DNA of 51,165 bases. Source: a virus (lineage: Duplodnaviria > Caudoviricetes). A program made the position numbers and the translations under genes. Below the pieces are notes generated by a model. The model saw only the letters and a program-made list of their open reading frames with translations, ran no database searches and was not told where the DNA came from. Location: positions 1-51,165 of the IMG/VR virus record IMGVR_UViG_3300042506_000517. One strand, given 5' to 3'. Within the stretch, counting starts at the first letter, position 1. Each line of letters begins with the position of its first letter. Shown one piece after another: positions 1 to 10,021 of the stretch.

Positions 1-164
1 AATACGGTAACTACGGTTTCCGTAGGTGTCTTTTCTATTGCTTTATACAATCTTTCAAATACTTGATTGTATTCATCGTGTCTCTTTGTAAGACGTAAAT
101 GAATATCCGCAATGTGAAATACATTCTTGAATTTTTCTATATCTGATTTAAGATATTTTGCCAT
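1..164 (-). CDS. 5' part of a calcineurin-like metallophosphoesterase (SbcD/Mre11/gp47-like nuclease), truncated by window edge
   Basis: Manual translation MAKYLKSDIEKFKNVFHIADIHLRLTKRHDEY...; HIADIH is motif I (DxH) of the family; lies directly downstream of primase. Confidence 0.75.
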   Translation of the reverse strand, partial: MAKYLKSDIEKFKNVFHIADIHLRLTKRHDEYNQVFERLYKAIEKTPTETVVTV

Positions 165-165
165 A

Positions 166-1119
166 TTATATTCTTAGTTTTAATTTAAACAACTTTTCAA
201 AGTCCATCGTATCACAACTGTCTATCAGTTGCCAAGTTTTTTCAAAACCTATTACACTTGGATCTTTACCGTCCAATATTATCAATTTAGATGGAATACT
301 ATTCTTGATTAGAAATTCACAGATTTTGACGGAATCTTTCATCGCATCATTGTCTAATAAAATATGTACCATCGGAACATCGTGTTCTAATAATTTTAAT
401 TTTAATTGTTTGCTTAATGTCTTTCCAAACAATGGTATACAATTATTTTTAACTGCAATAGCATCAAATGGTCCTTCAACCAATGTTATAGGTTGTTCAA
501 AATTAATGAATAATTCAAACCCAATAATATTCTTTGATGCGGAACAACTCACATATTTCAATCCTTTGGTATCAAAAAAACTTCTGGCAGTGTAGAAATT
601 CAATGTACCGTTACTATCATATGATGGTATTACCACTCTATTTTTTAAATCTCCTTCAGTACAATATCCAATATTATATCTTATAATATCATTCTTAGTT
701 ATATTTCTGGACTTGAGATACTTTAATGCGTGTTTATATTCCAGTTCATTTATCGGTTCACTAATAGGTTTATATTCTTTTGGTAGTTTTACCAGTTTTA
801 TTTCTTCTGGTTCATCTTCAAAAGAAATAGAAAATTCATCAATAGATTTTTTGTAAAACGATTTCTGACTTAATCCAATTGATGTATAATACTCCGCAGG
901 AGCATTTAATTTCTTAAATAGAGACTTGAAACTTGTTCCACTAAATCCACATACCCAACAATTATATTTGCCTGTGTGTAAATTAATCTCTAGTTTTCTT
1001 TTATAATGTTTGCAAGAAGGACAATGATAAACTGCATCAGTTCCTTTACGAATCTTAGGAACTTGATGTAACAGTTTATTTAAAACAGATATTATTGCCT
1101 CTTGATATAACAACATCAA
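166..1119 (-). CDS. DNA primase (Zn finger + TOPRIM)
   Basis: CPSC...CWVC Zn ribbon, YLKSRNI, RVVIP, LVEGPFDA, LDND, KDP motifs. Confidence 0.9.
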   Translation of the reverse strand: MMLLYQEAIISVLNKLLHQVPKIRKGTDAVYHCPSCKHYKRKLEINLHTGKYNCWVCGFSGTSFKSLFKKLNAPAEYYTSIGLSQKSFYKKSIDEFSISFEDEPEEIKLVKLPKEYKPISEPINELEYKHALKYLKSRNITKNDIIRYNIGYCTEGDLKNRVVIPSYDSNGTLNFYTARSFFDTKGLKYVSCSASKNIIGFELFINFEQPITLVEGPFDAIAVKNNCIPLFGKTLSKQLKLKLLEHDVPMVHILLDNDAMKDSVKICEFLIKNSIPSKLIILDGKDPSVIGFEKTWQLIDSCDTMDFEKLFKLKLRI

Positions 1120-1140
1120 TAATACTTTACAGTAAAAGTC

Positions 1141-1803
1141 TTATTCAATCAACTTTTTATTTGGATCATTTTTTACCCACGGTTTTTTATCCAACGCAAC
1201 CGCAATCTTCATCAACTTGATTGGATCAATTGGTTTTTCTTCTTGAACATCTTCGGAAAGATCTTCGGAATTTTCGTTTTCATCTGATGTTTTACTGTCA
1301 TTTCCTTCGGTTTTTTGTTCCGTTTCTTCTTCTTTAAGATCTTCGGATGGAGTGGGTGGGATATCTTGCTGAATATTTTCTTGAGTATATGTTTGATGTT
1401 TTGGAATATAACCTATTACATTTCTTGCAATTATTCCCTGCATTAAATATCTTTTATAATCATTGTACATGTCTCTATAATATTCAAATGCGTTATTAAT
1501 ATTTTCATATTCACATAATTTTATACGAATACAAATACAATTATTTTTTTCTTTCCACTTTAATCCGGGAACATCCATTATCATACAACAAATATTAATG
1601 AGCAATTCTCTCTCATTTTTATCGTTTATAACGATATAATAATCTTTGGATTCTTCTGATATAGATATTTCTTCTGGGGATATATTATATTTTTCACATA
1701 TCCGTTCTAACTTTTCTTTAGCCGCATTTCTTTCACCGCCTTTACCTTTTTCGGCTAATGCTTTTATCTTTTTTGCTAACTCTATTATTTTGTTGCGGTT
1801 CAT
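1141..1803 (-). CDS. hypothetical protein, DUF2786-like N-terminus
   Basis: KIKALAEKG..GERNAAKEKLERI N-terminal helix pair; acidic linker. Confidence 0.5.
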   Translation of the reverse strand: MNRNKIIELAKKIKALAEKGKGGERNAAKEKLERICEKYNISPEEISISEESKDYYIVINDKNERELLINICCMIMDVPGLKWKEKNNCICIRIKLCEYENINNAFEYYRDMYNDYKRYLMQGIIARNVIGYIPKHQTYTQENIQQDIPPTPSEDLKEEETEQKTEGNDSKTSDENENSEDLSEDVQEEKPIDPIKLMKIAVALDKKPWVKNDPNKKLIE

Positions 1804-2308
1804 CTTTGTATAACGAGCAAACTATACCATCATACATATCACCGTTTCTTTCATCCCAATTACCCTTTTTGTTAAGAACCGTAAATTTAATTACATCTGG
1901 ACAAAGTGATTCTAGTTCTGATTTTACAAATTGTTTTGATTTAATACCTTTAATTCTACACTTACCAAATAACTGTTTACGCATAGTGTTAACCGATAAC
2001 AGATTTACCTTGACTTTAAAGTGTTCTTCAATAATATATGAAAAAACGGCATTATGCCTAGCCAATGTAATTATAACTTGTTGTGATGTGAATCCACCAG
2101 CAAATCCACTAAGAGCAGCTTCTAAATTAATGGTGGTGACATCTTTAATTAATGGATTCTTTTCCAATTCAGATATAACAAAATAAGTTTTTTCTTTTGT
2201 TGTTTCAAACTTTTTGGTATCAATATAACCCGCATCCAAGACTTTGCCGTCTTTACTAAATGCCCAACCTGTAACTGATGTAGATGAATCCAAACCTAAT
2301 ATAACCAT
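1742..2308 (-). CDS. RuvC-like Holliday junction resolvase
   Basis: ILGLDSSTSVTGWA start, central E (INLE), C-terminal DMYDGI. Confidence 0.8.
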   Translation of the reverse strand: MVILGLDSSTSVTGWAFSKDGKVLDAGYIDTKKFETTKEKTYFVISELEKNPLIKDVTTINLEAALSGFAGGFTSQQVIITLARHNAVFSYIIEEHFKVKVNLLSVNTMRKQLFGKCRIKGIKSKQFVKSELESLCPDVIKFTVLNKKGNWDERNGDMYDGIVCSLYKDEPQQNNRVSKKDKSISRKR

Positions 2309-2320
2309 TTAAAATACATA

Positions 2321-2473
2321 TCAACCTTTTTTATTAGGTGCGTAATTTTTACCAGTAAAATTTTTTATATATTTAGTACTATACACTTTATATCTATCTT
2401 CTAATTTTAAATTTAAAGACGGTCTTTTATTATTAGGTAAAGAAGTTGGAAGCGGTGTAGGGTTAATCGCCAT
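2321..2473 (-). CDS. 50-aa hypothetical protein (not in ORF track)
   Basis: MAINPTPLPTSLPNNKRPSLNLKLEDRY...; fills the gap between genes; shares PTPL and SL..LE.RY with the neighbouring 99-aa ORF. Confidence 0.55.
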   Translation of the reverse strand: MAINPTPLPTSLPNNKRPSLNLKLEDRYKVYSTKYIKNFTGKNYAPNKKG

Positions 2474-2476
2474 AAC

Positions 2477-2776
2477 TTACTTATATCTTTTGGTATCAAG
2501 TCCTTTAGTGTAACTTGACAATTGTTTTGAAGTGGAATTTTTTCTATCAGGTACATCTGCTAAATCAGACAATCCAAGTGGTTGTTTTACTCTAAACCCA
2601 CCTTTTGTTATAGTATATTGTTGACCTTTAATTGAATTTGATCCGTCCGCAGACAATGTAATAGAATCTGGTTTGGTATTAATATCTTTAGCATTAAAAG
2701 CCCCCCCAATTTTTTGGGATTCATATCTTTGTTCTAGACTCTTGTTTAAAGATTCTCTATTCAATGGTGTTGGCAT
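2477..2776 (-). CDS. hypothetical protein
   Basis: 99-aa ORF in operon orientation, preceded by TATTTATA motif. Confidence 0.65.
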   Translation of the reverse strand: MPTPLNRESLNKSLEQRYESQKIGGAFNAKDINTKPDSITLSADGSNSIKGQQYTITKGGFRVKQPLGLSDLADVPDRKNSTSKQLSSYTKGLDTKRYK

Positions 2777-2804
2777 ATATTATACTTTCTTTTTATAAAT
2801 ATGT

Positions 2805-5057
2805 TTAGATATCCCATTTTACCAAAATATTTAGCGGTAATTCACCACTATTTTTAATTGGCATACCCAATTTAGCCACAGCAACCAAATCACCACCACT
2901 ATAAAGTCCTACAGTTGTTATATATGGTGCCAAATAAGAACCAGTTGGGTCAATTGAAGAACTATAATTAAATCCAAAGAATTCTTGTTTTATAGACTTA
3001 CCACCAAATTTACCCGTCTTTTGTTCAATATAACTTATAATTTGTTGTAAAGTTTTTCTGGAAGACTTTGGTTCTACATACTTGAATAATTCGGTTTGAT
3101 TCAAATTGTCATTAAAATACTTCCATAGTATGTACATATCATTCAAATTAACTTTATTATTACCATCAATATCAAAGTTTTTATAATTTGATATTAAATT
3201 TGAATTGTAATTGGATGTATAACTTGAAGAAATGTTATACTTTACAGAATAAAGATTAAATAATGATTGTTCATCATTTGTAAATGTCATATAATCCCAC
3301 CAATTATATGATGTATTGATTTGATAATTAATGTATTTCAGAATCAAATCTAAGTCAGTAAAATCAAAAGATTTATTATTATCAATGTCAAATTCAAATG
3401 TATTTGGAATTAATGATGTAGGATTTGTACTATAATTAAATTCTCCCGATTCAATTCTACATAATACTTGTTTTTCATATAGTTTAACATTGCTCTTATA
3501 TTCAATGTTATATTGAGATTGTAATGTGTTGGAACGATCTTTTAATAAATTATCAAAAATTGAACCACTATTTGATAAAATAATCTTACCGTCTCTATAA
3601 AATACATTTCCAATATGATAATTCGTTACAAGATCGTTGAAATTATAAATGTAAGCATATCCTTTTATATTATCATAAATGGAATTATCTAATAATGAAG
3701 ATGTAAGTTGTTCCGGATTATAAATGAATGTAGGAGATCCAATTATAGTTGTCGTGTTTTCTTTATCATAAATTGCACTACTATAACCAAAATTTGAATA
3801 TGGGTATCCATATTCTTTCTTTTTTGTAAATGTAGATTCAATTTGCCATGTCGATGATGTTAATTGATTGTAAATTACAAATTGTCCTAAAGTATCAATT
3901 ACAGAATCATTTGGATTACAATCGTATCGTTTAAATAATGTATTAAATATATAATTTGTACAATATGTTCGTATATCTCTAACACTAGTTGCAATAGCTT
4001 TATTATTATAAATCCCTACGGAAAATCCTAAATTATTTGATTCTAAAATATTTTCATTGCCAAATGATTTATCCAACAAAAACCAATCAGTTGCATCTGA
4101 ACATTTTTTCCAAAAATAAACAGATCCTCTATTTCTTAAAACTGTGGAACCACTCCATTCATAATAATACATATCATTAGGTGATCCAATTATAATCGTG
4201 TCGCCATATATGGATACTGAATTACCATAATTACTTCCACTAGGTTGACTTCCTAGAAAATATGGTTTTGTATTAATGAAATTTAATGATCCAGTAATAG
4301 TTCTATCTTGATCCAGTGTATCGTTAAGTCCCCATTGATATGTAGATGTATTTAACTCGTATACATAAACGGCACTTCCAGTTGATTTGTTGCCAACCAC
4401 TATTCTATTAGATCCACTAGGATCAATTTTTACAACACCACCGAAATAACCATTACTTACAAATCCATTCAATGTTTGATAATGTAAATAATTACCATTA
4501 AATGATTGTGTATAAATATATGTCGCACCAATATTTGAATTTACATTGCTAGATCCAACAACTAAAATTGATGTATTTAATAAACTGGAGTATACGATTG
4601 ATACTGATTCTCCAAATGTAGAATTTGTATATGTAGCATCAAATGAATTCGTAATACTGTACAATGGATATTTATTACTTGAACTATTATAAGTTTCCAA
4701 ATTGTAAATATCAACACTTGATCCAGTCAAAATCTCCGAATTATTAGTTAGTGAATAATAAAAAAATGGACATCCTACAACAACAATTGATGATGATAGT
4801 GCAACTGATACACCATAAGAATCACCATAATAATATAAATTATCGGTTAAATCTAATTCAAAATTCAAACCATTTACATTGGAAGATGTATCCGCATTTA
4901 ATATTATTGTATCTAAACTGGAACTGTCAATTAATAAGAAAGAATTGACATCAGACAAAGGTATATACTTTTTGATTGTAAATTGTGTTTCATATTCATC
5001 AGTAATAGATGAATATTTTGAAATATCAACAAATCCTCTTTGACAGTAATCGCTCAT
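2805..5057 (-). CDS. virion structural protein: FG-GAP-like beta-propeller repeats, paired Ca-binding loops, conserved tail-type C-terminus
   Basis: Repeats YG.SV....VG.P; DIDNNKSFDFTD and DIDGNNKVNLND loops; C-terminal YITTVGLY...LVAVAKL shared with 12055..13161. Confidence 0.7.
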   Translation of the reverse strand: MSDYCQRGFVDISKYSSITDEYETQFTIKKYIPLSDVNSFLLIDSSSLDTIILNADTSSNVNGLNFELDLTDNLYYYGDSYGVSVALSSSIVVVGCPFFYYSLTNNSEILTGSSVDIYNLETYNSSSNKYPLYSITNSFDATYTNSTFGESVSIVYSSLLNTSILVVGSSNVNSNIGATYIYTQSFNGNYLHYQTLNGFVSNGYFGGVVKIDPSGSNRIVVGNKSTGSAVYVYELNTSTYQWGLNDTLDQDRTITGSLNFINTKPYFLGSQPSGSNYGNSVSIYGDTIIIGSPNDMYYYEWSGSTVLRNRGSVYFWKKCSDATDWFLLDKSFGNENILESNNLGFSVGIYNNKAIATSVRDIRTYCTNYIFNTLFKRYDCNPNDSVIDTLGQFVIYNQLTSSTWQIESTFTKKKEYGYPYSNFGYSSAIYDKENTTTIIGSPTFIYNPEQLTSSLLDNSIYDNIKGYAYIYNFNDLVTNYHIGNVFYRDGKIILSNSGSIFDNLLKDRSNTLQSQYNIEYKSNVKLYEKQVLCRIESGEFNYSTNPTSLIPNTFEFDIDNNKSFDFTDLDLILKYINYQINTSYNWWDYMTFTNDEQSLFNLYSVKYNISSSYTSNYNSNLISNYKNFDIDGNNKVNLNDMYILWKYFNDNLNQTELFKYVEPKSSRKTLQQIISYIEQKTGKFGGKSIKQEFFGFNYSSSIDPTGSYLAPYITTVGLYSGGDLVAVAKLGMPIKNSGELPLNILVKWDI

Positions 5058-5113
5058 TCAATATAAATATTCGTTTTTATGATAATTAACACTTTTATTA
5101 ATCCAATAAATTA

Positions 5114-5929
5114 TTAGATGTTCCAAACAATACCTGCTTTATTCATTTCATGTAAATAATGTTCTTGTTTCCATTTGCCTACTAATGGTGAACTATTCAA
5201 ATGTAAAGCAGTTAAATTATGTGAACTAATAAATGATCCAAAATTAGGAACACAATATTCTGGATGAGGTAATCTTTTAAAAATAACTCCGTCTTGTATT
5301 AATTTGGTAATCATATAAGCAATGCAGTTTTGTTCTAAGAATGGATGAGTCGCACTCTTAGATCCGTGATTATATAATATTTCCAAACATTTTTCTATAT
5401 AATGTAAACTATAATGTTGTTTAGTCGGATAATAATTAAAACCAGCATTTATACATCTGTATATGGTTGTATCTTTATCTTCATCTCTAAAAGGAACGCA
5501 ATATGCACTCCATGTGTCTTTTAAATAAGCACCTTCTTTATTATTAATACATTCAATTAAAGATAGAGGGGTATTACATAATAATATATCCGCATCCATA
5601 TAAATTAAATTGTTTGATTTTGTATAATAAAATTGATCAAATAATTTTATTCTGAATATAGTATGATGTTCCGAAAGTCTAAAATGTGTACATAACTCAT
5701 AATCTTTTAAAAAAGATTTAATTTCTTCGTCTGCTTGCCGTCTGTTTATTACTACAACATTTGACAGACCATTTTGTAAATATTTAATATCATCTCGATT
5801 AAAACTACCATCTTCGTGGACAATAATATCAAAATCTAACTTAGAATGATATGAAAAAAGTTTAATTGTTGCAATAAACCAATTAATGTCTCTTTTACAT
5901 ATTAATGTATGTATTTCTAATCTTTCCAT
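5114..5929 (-). CDS. GT-A fold glycosyltransferase
   Basis: KLFD...YMDADIL (DxD), INAGF, FLEQ motifs; in GT cluster. Confidence 0.7.
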   Translation of the reverse strand: MERLEIHTLICKRDINWFIATIKLFSYHSKLDFDIIVHEDGSFNRDDIKYLQNGLSNVVVINRRQADEEIKSFLKDYELCTHFRLSEHHTIFRIKLFDQFYYTKSNNLIYMDADILLCNTPLSLIECINNKEGAYLKDTWSAYCVPFRDEDKDTTIYRCINAGFNYYPTKQHYSLHYIEKCLEILYNHGSKSATHPFLEQNCIAYMITKLIQDGVIFKRLPHPEYCVPNFGSFISSHNLTALHLNSSPLVGKWKQEHYLHEMNKAGIVWNI

Positions 5930-6930
5930 TTTTTATTTTTATAGTCTATTTTTGTATAATAATCATCTGATAATATAACTCGGTTCAATTCATCTACATA
6001 TTTAAAATTAGGATATTCTATTCTTAGATCTACACCTTTATGATTTGTATCGTCAAATGAAAATGGTCCATTTTTTGGTATTGGATAATATATAGATTCA
6101 GCATCTGACAAAAATGATAACCACCAAGAATAAGTACTTTGTGATATCGCAATATTATTAAATTTAGATCCAAATGCCATAGACTGTACTGGATCATAAC
6201 ATCTTACTATCGTAGGATTATATTGATAAAATTCTTTAATCCATTTATATTGGTCATTATGTCCTATAGATCCAGGATTTGTAATTATATAAATATCTTT
6301 CCATTTTCTACTTTCGAGTATAATTTTAAAATAATCATATGTCAATAACCGATCTAAATTTTGATCAGATGTATAATCTTCTAATCTCAAAGAAATTACT
6401 AAATCGTCTTTATGTATTTCTGTAAATTCCGTTCTTGCATAATAATTTTCTTTTCCTAAGTCAGAATGTATTTTAAAAAATTCAAATTTATTAAAATCGA
6501 TTTTTGGAAATGTAAACCAATTTTTAATTTTTTCTCTATATGGTAGATATTGTTCTCCTGTCTCAAAATTGCCTAAAGTAACTATCCATTTTTTTTCTAT
6601 ATTAGGAATTGATAAAACTTTTTGTATTGTAAGACAATCATTATATGACTGTAATTTTCCTCCTTGAAATTGTTTTTCAAGAAGCCATTTCATGTTATCG
6701 TTTTCATTTATACATGTTTTTGGATTGCTTATAAAATCTTTATAGATTGTATATTTTTGATCATGTTTTTCAACATCAATCGAATCTAATGCTATATTCG
6801 GAAATCCAGTTATTTCGGTTCCTTTAGGCAATTGACATTGTAGTTTTAGTTCATCTGCTATACATCTATTAAAAGCATAAGCAAACATACAATTACCTAT
6901 TCTACCACTATAAAACCATAATTCTACCAT
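5917..6930 (-). CDS. GT11-like (alpha-1,2-fucosyltransferase-like) glycosyltransferase
   Basis: GRIGNCMF, SLRLEDY, SQSTYSWW correspond to GT11 motifs GLGNQMF, HxRRGDY, NSTFSWW. Confidence 0.75.
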   Translation of the reverse strand: MVELWFYSGRIGNCMFAYAFNRCIADELKLQCQLPKGTEITGFPNIALDSIDVEKHDQKYTIYKDFISNPKTCINENDNMKWLLEKQFQGGKLQSYNDCLTIQKVLSIPNIEKKWIVTLGNFETGEQYLPYREKIKNWFTFPKIDFNKFEFFKIHSDLGKENYYARTEFTEIHKDDLVISLRLEDYTSDQNLDRLLTYDYFKIILESRKWKDIYIITNPGSIGHNDQYKWIKEFYQYNPTIVRCYDPVQSMAFGSKFNNIAISQSTYSWWLSFLSDAESIYYPIPKNGPFSFDDTNHKGVDLRIEYPNFKYVDELNRVILSDDYYTKIDYKNKKWKD

Positions 6931-6952
6931 AATATAATATTTATTTTACTTT

Positions 6953-8152
6953 TTATAAATTCGTTTCAATTTTATTTGTCCACTGTCCATTAACATCGAC
7001 AGGCCAATAAATCCATCTAGTTGGCTTTGTATATGATTTAAATTTAACTTTAATAGAAGAAACGCAGTCTGTTATATCATGACGATATAGTACTTTGCCT
7101 TCAGAATCTTCTATACCTATATAAATAAACCTAAAATTTTCAGTATAAGGTATATTCAGTTCATATTCATACTCACTTTCTTTTAACAAAAACCAATCAG
7201 AATCATCATTTATAGGTGGTTCAATTCCTTGTAAAGTTTTTGGATGTAACAATCTCCGTTTAAAATCTATACCCGCATATAATTCATAATCTCTATGTGA
7301 TCTTACAGTACCCAATCCATATTCGCCTAAATCAATATTGTTGTCTTCTTCTTGTAACATATGACGCAATCTTCTTTTGCTGTCATTGTCCATTTCCCAC
7401 CATTGTCTTTCAACTTTTTTAATTTTTACATTTTGTTCGTTAAAATCATCCCAATGCTTAACTCTACCCTGTCTAGTATATTCATGCCAAATCACAGTTT
7501 TATGCGGGTGGAATAAATCATAACCTAATGTAAATGATCGTATAGATAAACTTATCTCGTCTCCAGCAAAATAAATATTTGGATCATATTTATACTCTTC
7601 ACAATGTTTTCCTATAGTAAAGAAAAAATGACCACTAACAAACCGAGCAGGAATAGGTCTGGTTAAAGATTTGTAATTTTGAATAGTGTGTGGATAAAAC
7701 ATTATTGTTCCACCTGAAGTGAATTTTGTAGCAACCATCTTATATGGATCATCATTTAATAATGTGTCCTTTTTAGGGTCGTATGATCCGGCATATGAAC
7801 CAACAATTGGCTTTTCGCTACCAGTCAACTTCAACATTTCAATCAACTCAACGTCCCAATTTTCAATAAACCGATGATGTGAATCAAGCTGAAGTGTATA
7901 TTGTTCACCTTGCCATAACTTCTGTATCTTACTGCGTGCCCAACATAATCCTTTACTTTCATAATATGGAACATCTATTACCCTAAATCTAAGATCATTG
8001 GTAAATTCTTCCAATGACTCAGTTTCATCTCTTTGCCAACATATTCCAAATGTCAAATTTTCAGGATATTTGGCTTTTGCAATTAAATCTCTAATTGTAG
8101 GCACTAGTTCTGGATCTCTATAACTTGCAATTTGTACAAATATTTTAGACAT
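6953..8152 (-). CDS. GT60/Gnt1-like polypeptide or hydroxyproline alpha-GlcNAc transferase
   Basis: IFVQIASYRDPEL, GLCWAR, LQLDSHHRF, GDE...R.FT.GYD, WHEY motifs. Confidence 0.8.
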   Translation of the reverse strand: MSKIFVQIASYRDPELVPTIRDLIAKAKYPENLTFGICWQRDETESLEEFTNDLRFRVIDVPYYESKGLCWARSKIQKLWQGEQYTLQLDSHHRFIENWDVELIEMLKLTGSEKPIVGSYAGSYDPKKDTLLNDDPYKMVATKFTSGGTIMFYPHTIQNYKSLTRPIPARFVSGHFFFTIGKHCEEYKYDPNIYFAGDEISLSIRSFTLGYDLFHPHKTVIWHEYTRQGRVKHWDDFNEQNVKIKKVERQWWEMDNDSKRRLRHMLQEEDNNIDLGEYGLGTVRSHRDYELYAGIDFKRRLLHPKTLQGIEPPINDDSDWFLLKESEYEYELNIPYTENFRFIYIGIEDSEGKVLYRHDITDCVSSIKVKFKSYTKPTRWIYWPVDVNGQWTNKIETNL

Positions 8153-8193
8153 ATTTAATAGATATCAAATTATAACTTAATTAATTTTTTTAA

Positions 8194-9195
8194 TTATGCG
8201 GATATTATATAAGGATCTCCAATAGTGCCAGATCCTTGACTATTCAATATTGCATAATTTATTCTAGCAATTACATCATCATATGATGACCATGCACTAA
8301 CCACAGTTTCAGTTGTACAACAATCATTAATATCTAATTTAGGCGAAGTCTTCGTAATTCTTTCACAATTATTTGCATTTGAAGTTGTTAAAAATGCATC
8401 GTTATATCTAATAGTCGCAACTGTTTGTGGTGTTGCGGCGCCACAAACCATAGTTGTTGCCGTAGTACCATAAATTTCCATTATCCCCGCTCCTGTGTTG
8501 GTTTCATTAATCTCCATTACTACACTAATATATCCTGGAGGACATGTAGGTTGTGATCCTGTACCATCCCAACATGGATCACACAATGGAGCGTCATCAC
8601 ATAGTGATTGACCCGAACAAGATCCTGGAGATCTTAATTCAACATAATAAAATACTTCAGGTGTCGGCGTTGGAGTAGGTGTAGGTGTCGGCTCAGGTGT
8701 TGGTGTAGGTGTCGGTGTAGGTGTCGGCTCAGGTGTTGGTGTAGGTGTTGGTGTTGGTGTCGGCGGTGGCGTTGGTGTAGGTGTAGGTGTCGGCTCAGGT
8801 GTAGGTGTTGGTGTCGGCGGTGGCGTTGGTGTAGGGGTCGGTGTAGGTGTAGGTGTCGGCTCAGGTGTAGGTGTTGGTGTAGGTGTTGGTGTTGGTGTCG
8901 GCGGTGGCGTTGGTGTAGGGGTCGGTGTAGGTGTAGGGGTCGGTGTAGGTGTAGGTGTTGGTGTTGGTGTAGGTGTAGGTGTAGGTGTTGGTGTTGGTGT
9001 TGGTGTTGGTGTTGGTGTTGGTGTTGGTGTTGGTGTAGGTGTAGGTGTAGGTGTAGGTGTAGTACCGGGCGGTGAATCTACGTCAATACATGCAATATTA
9101 TCATTGGTGAATGTTGCATACGCATAATTACCAACAGCAGCATAAACATTGTTTATGTCAACTGAATATCCATAAAGTACATTTTTATTAAACAT
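8194..9195 (-). CDS. Pro-Thr repeat protein with Cys-rich C-terminal domain
   Basis: Long (PT)n linker followed by Cys-rich region; N-terminus looks like part of a propeller repeat. Confidence 0.7.
   Translation of the reverse strand: MFNKNVLYGYSVDINNVYAAVGNYAYATFTNDNIACIDVDSPPGTTPTPTPTPTPTPTPTPTPTPTPTPTPTPTPTPTPTPTPTPTPTPTPTPTPTPPPTPTPTPTPTPTPEPTPTPTPTPTPTPPPTPTPTPEPTPTPTPTPPPTPTPTPTPTPEPTPTPTPTPTPEPTPTPTPTPTPEVFYYVELRSPGSCSGQSLCDDAPLCDPCWDGTGSQPTCPPGYISVVMEINETNTGAGIMEIYGTTATTMVCGAATPQTVATIRYNDAFLTTSNANNCERITKTSPKLDINDCCTTETVVSAWSSYDDVIARINYAILNSQGSGTIGDPYIISA
8659..9063. repeat. hexanucleotide tandem repeat (GGTGTN on + strand) encoding (PT)n, tract 1
   Basis: Directly visible. Confidence 0.95.
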
Positions 9196-10021
9196 ATGTA
9201 TTAAATCCTGATAAATCTGCTTGCGTCAAAGAATAACTAGTACCAGCTAATGTGGTCATTGCGCTATTAATTGCAGAAATATGTGCGCATATATAAGATG
9301 AAAATCCAATTTGATTGCCCGCCGCTTTAATTCCTGGAGATCCTGTATACCACGTACCTAATAATACAATCTCCCCATTTAAAGGAACAAAAATTATATT
9401 TCCAGAATCTCCGCCGATAATTAACTCAGAATTATTATATCTTTCAGTATCAGTGGAAAATACCAAACTCAATTTTGGACTCGTAGGATCAGGGAGACTA
9501 GTACAAAGATCCAAATATTGGATACCATCACAATCTCCACATAAAAACTTTTTTTCTTGATCCATATAAAACAAAGGTAAATGTGGATTTAAAAATTGAA
9601 AAGTTGAAACCGTGGCACCTAATTGTAAATAATCTAAAAAATTTGATGGAAAGACTTTATAATATGTTAACGATGCATCTACGGTAGCACTTAAATAACC
9701 GATTGCTATATCAGTATAACCAGCGCAAGACGCTGCTCCAATCGTTTGTAAAGATGTGATTGTATATGTAAATCTTGTATTTGACGCATTTAAAAAAGAT
9801 ACGGAAGATCCAGCCGTTGTTCCGGGAGTCGTGTGCTTAGCTAATAAAACGTGTCTATTACTAATCAAAGTTGCGCCAATACCACCAGCACCAACTATAT
9901 CTGTAGATATTCCTGTAGTATCATATCCACTAACAGAACTCACAATACAAGTAGCATTTCGAGTAATAGGTAGATAAGTCGGAGGCGGACCATATGTTAC
10001 CATTAAATTTGTTGAACTCAT
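9188..10021 (-). CDS. trypsin-like serine protease
   Basis: [13 protein letters not shown] (His), DIAIG (Asp), GGDSG (Ser). Confidence 0.75.
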   Translation of the reverse strand: MSSTNLMVTYGPPPTYLPITRNATCIVSSVSGYDTTGISTDIVGAGGIGATLISNRHVLLAKHTTPGTTAGSSVSFLNASNTRFTYTITSLQTIGAASCAGYTDIAIGYLSATVDASLTYYKVFPSNFLDYLQLGATVSTFQFLNPHLPLFYMDQEKKFLCGDCDGIQYLDLCTSLPDPTSPKLSLVFSTDTERYNNSELIIGGDSGNIIFVPLNGEIVLLGTWYTGSPGIKAAGNQIGFSSYICAHISAINSAMTTLAGTSYSLTQADLSGFNTYV

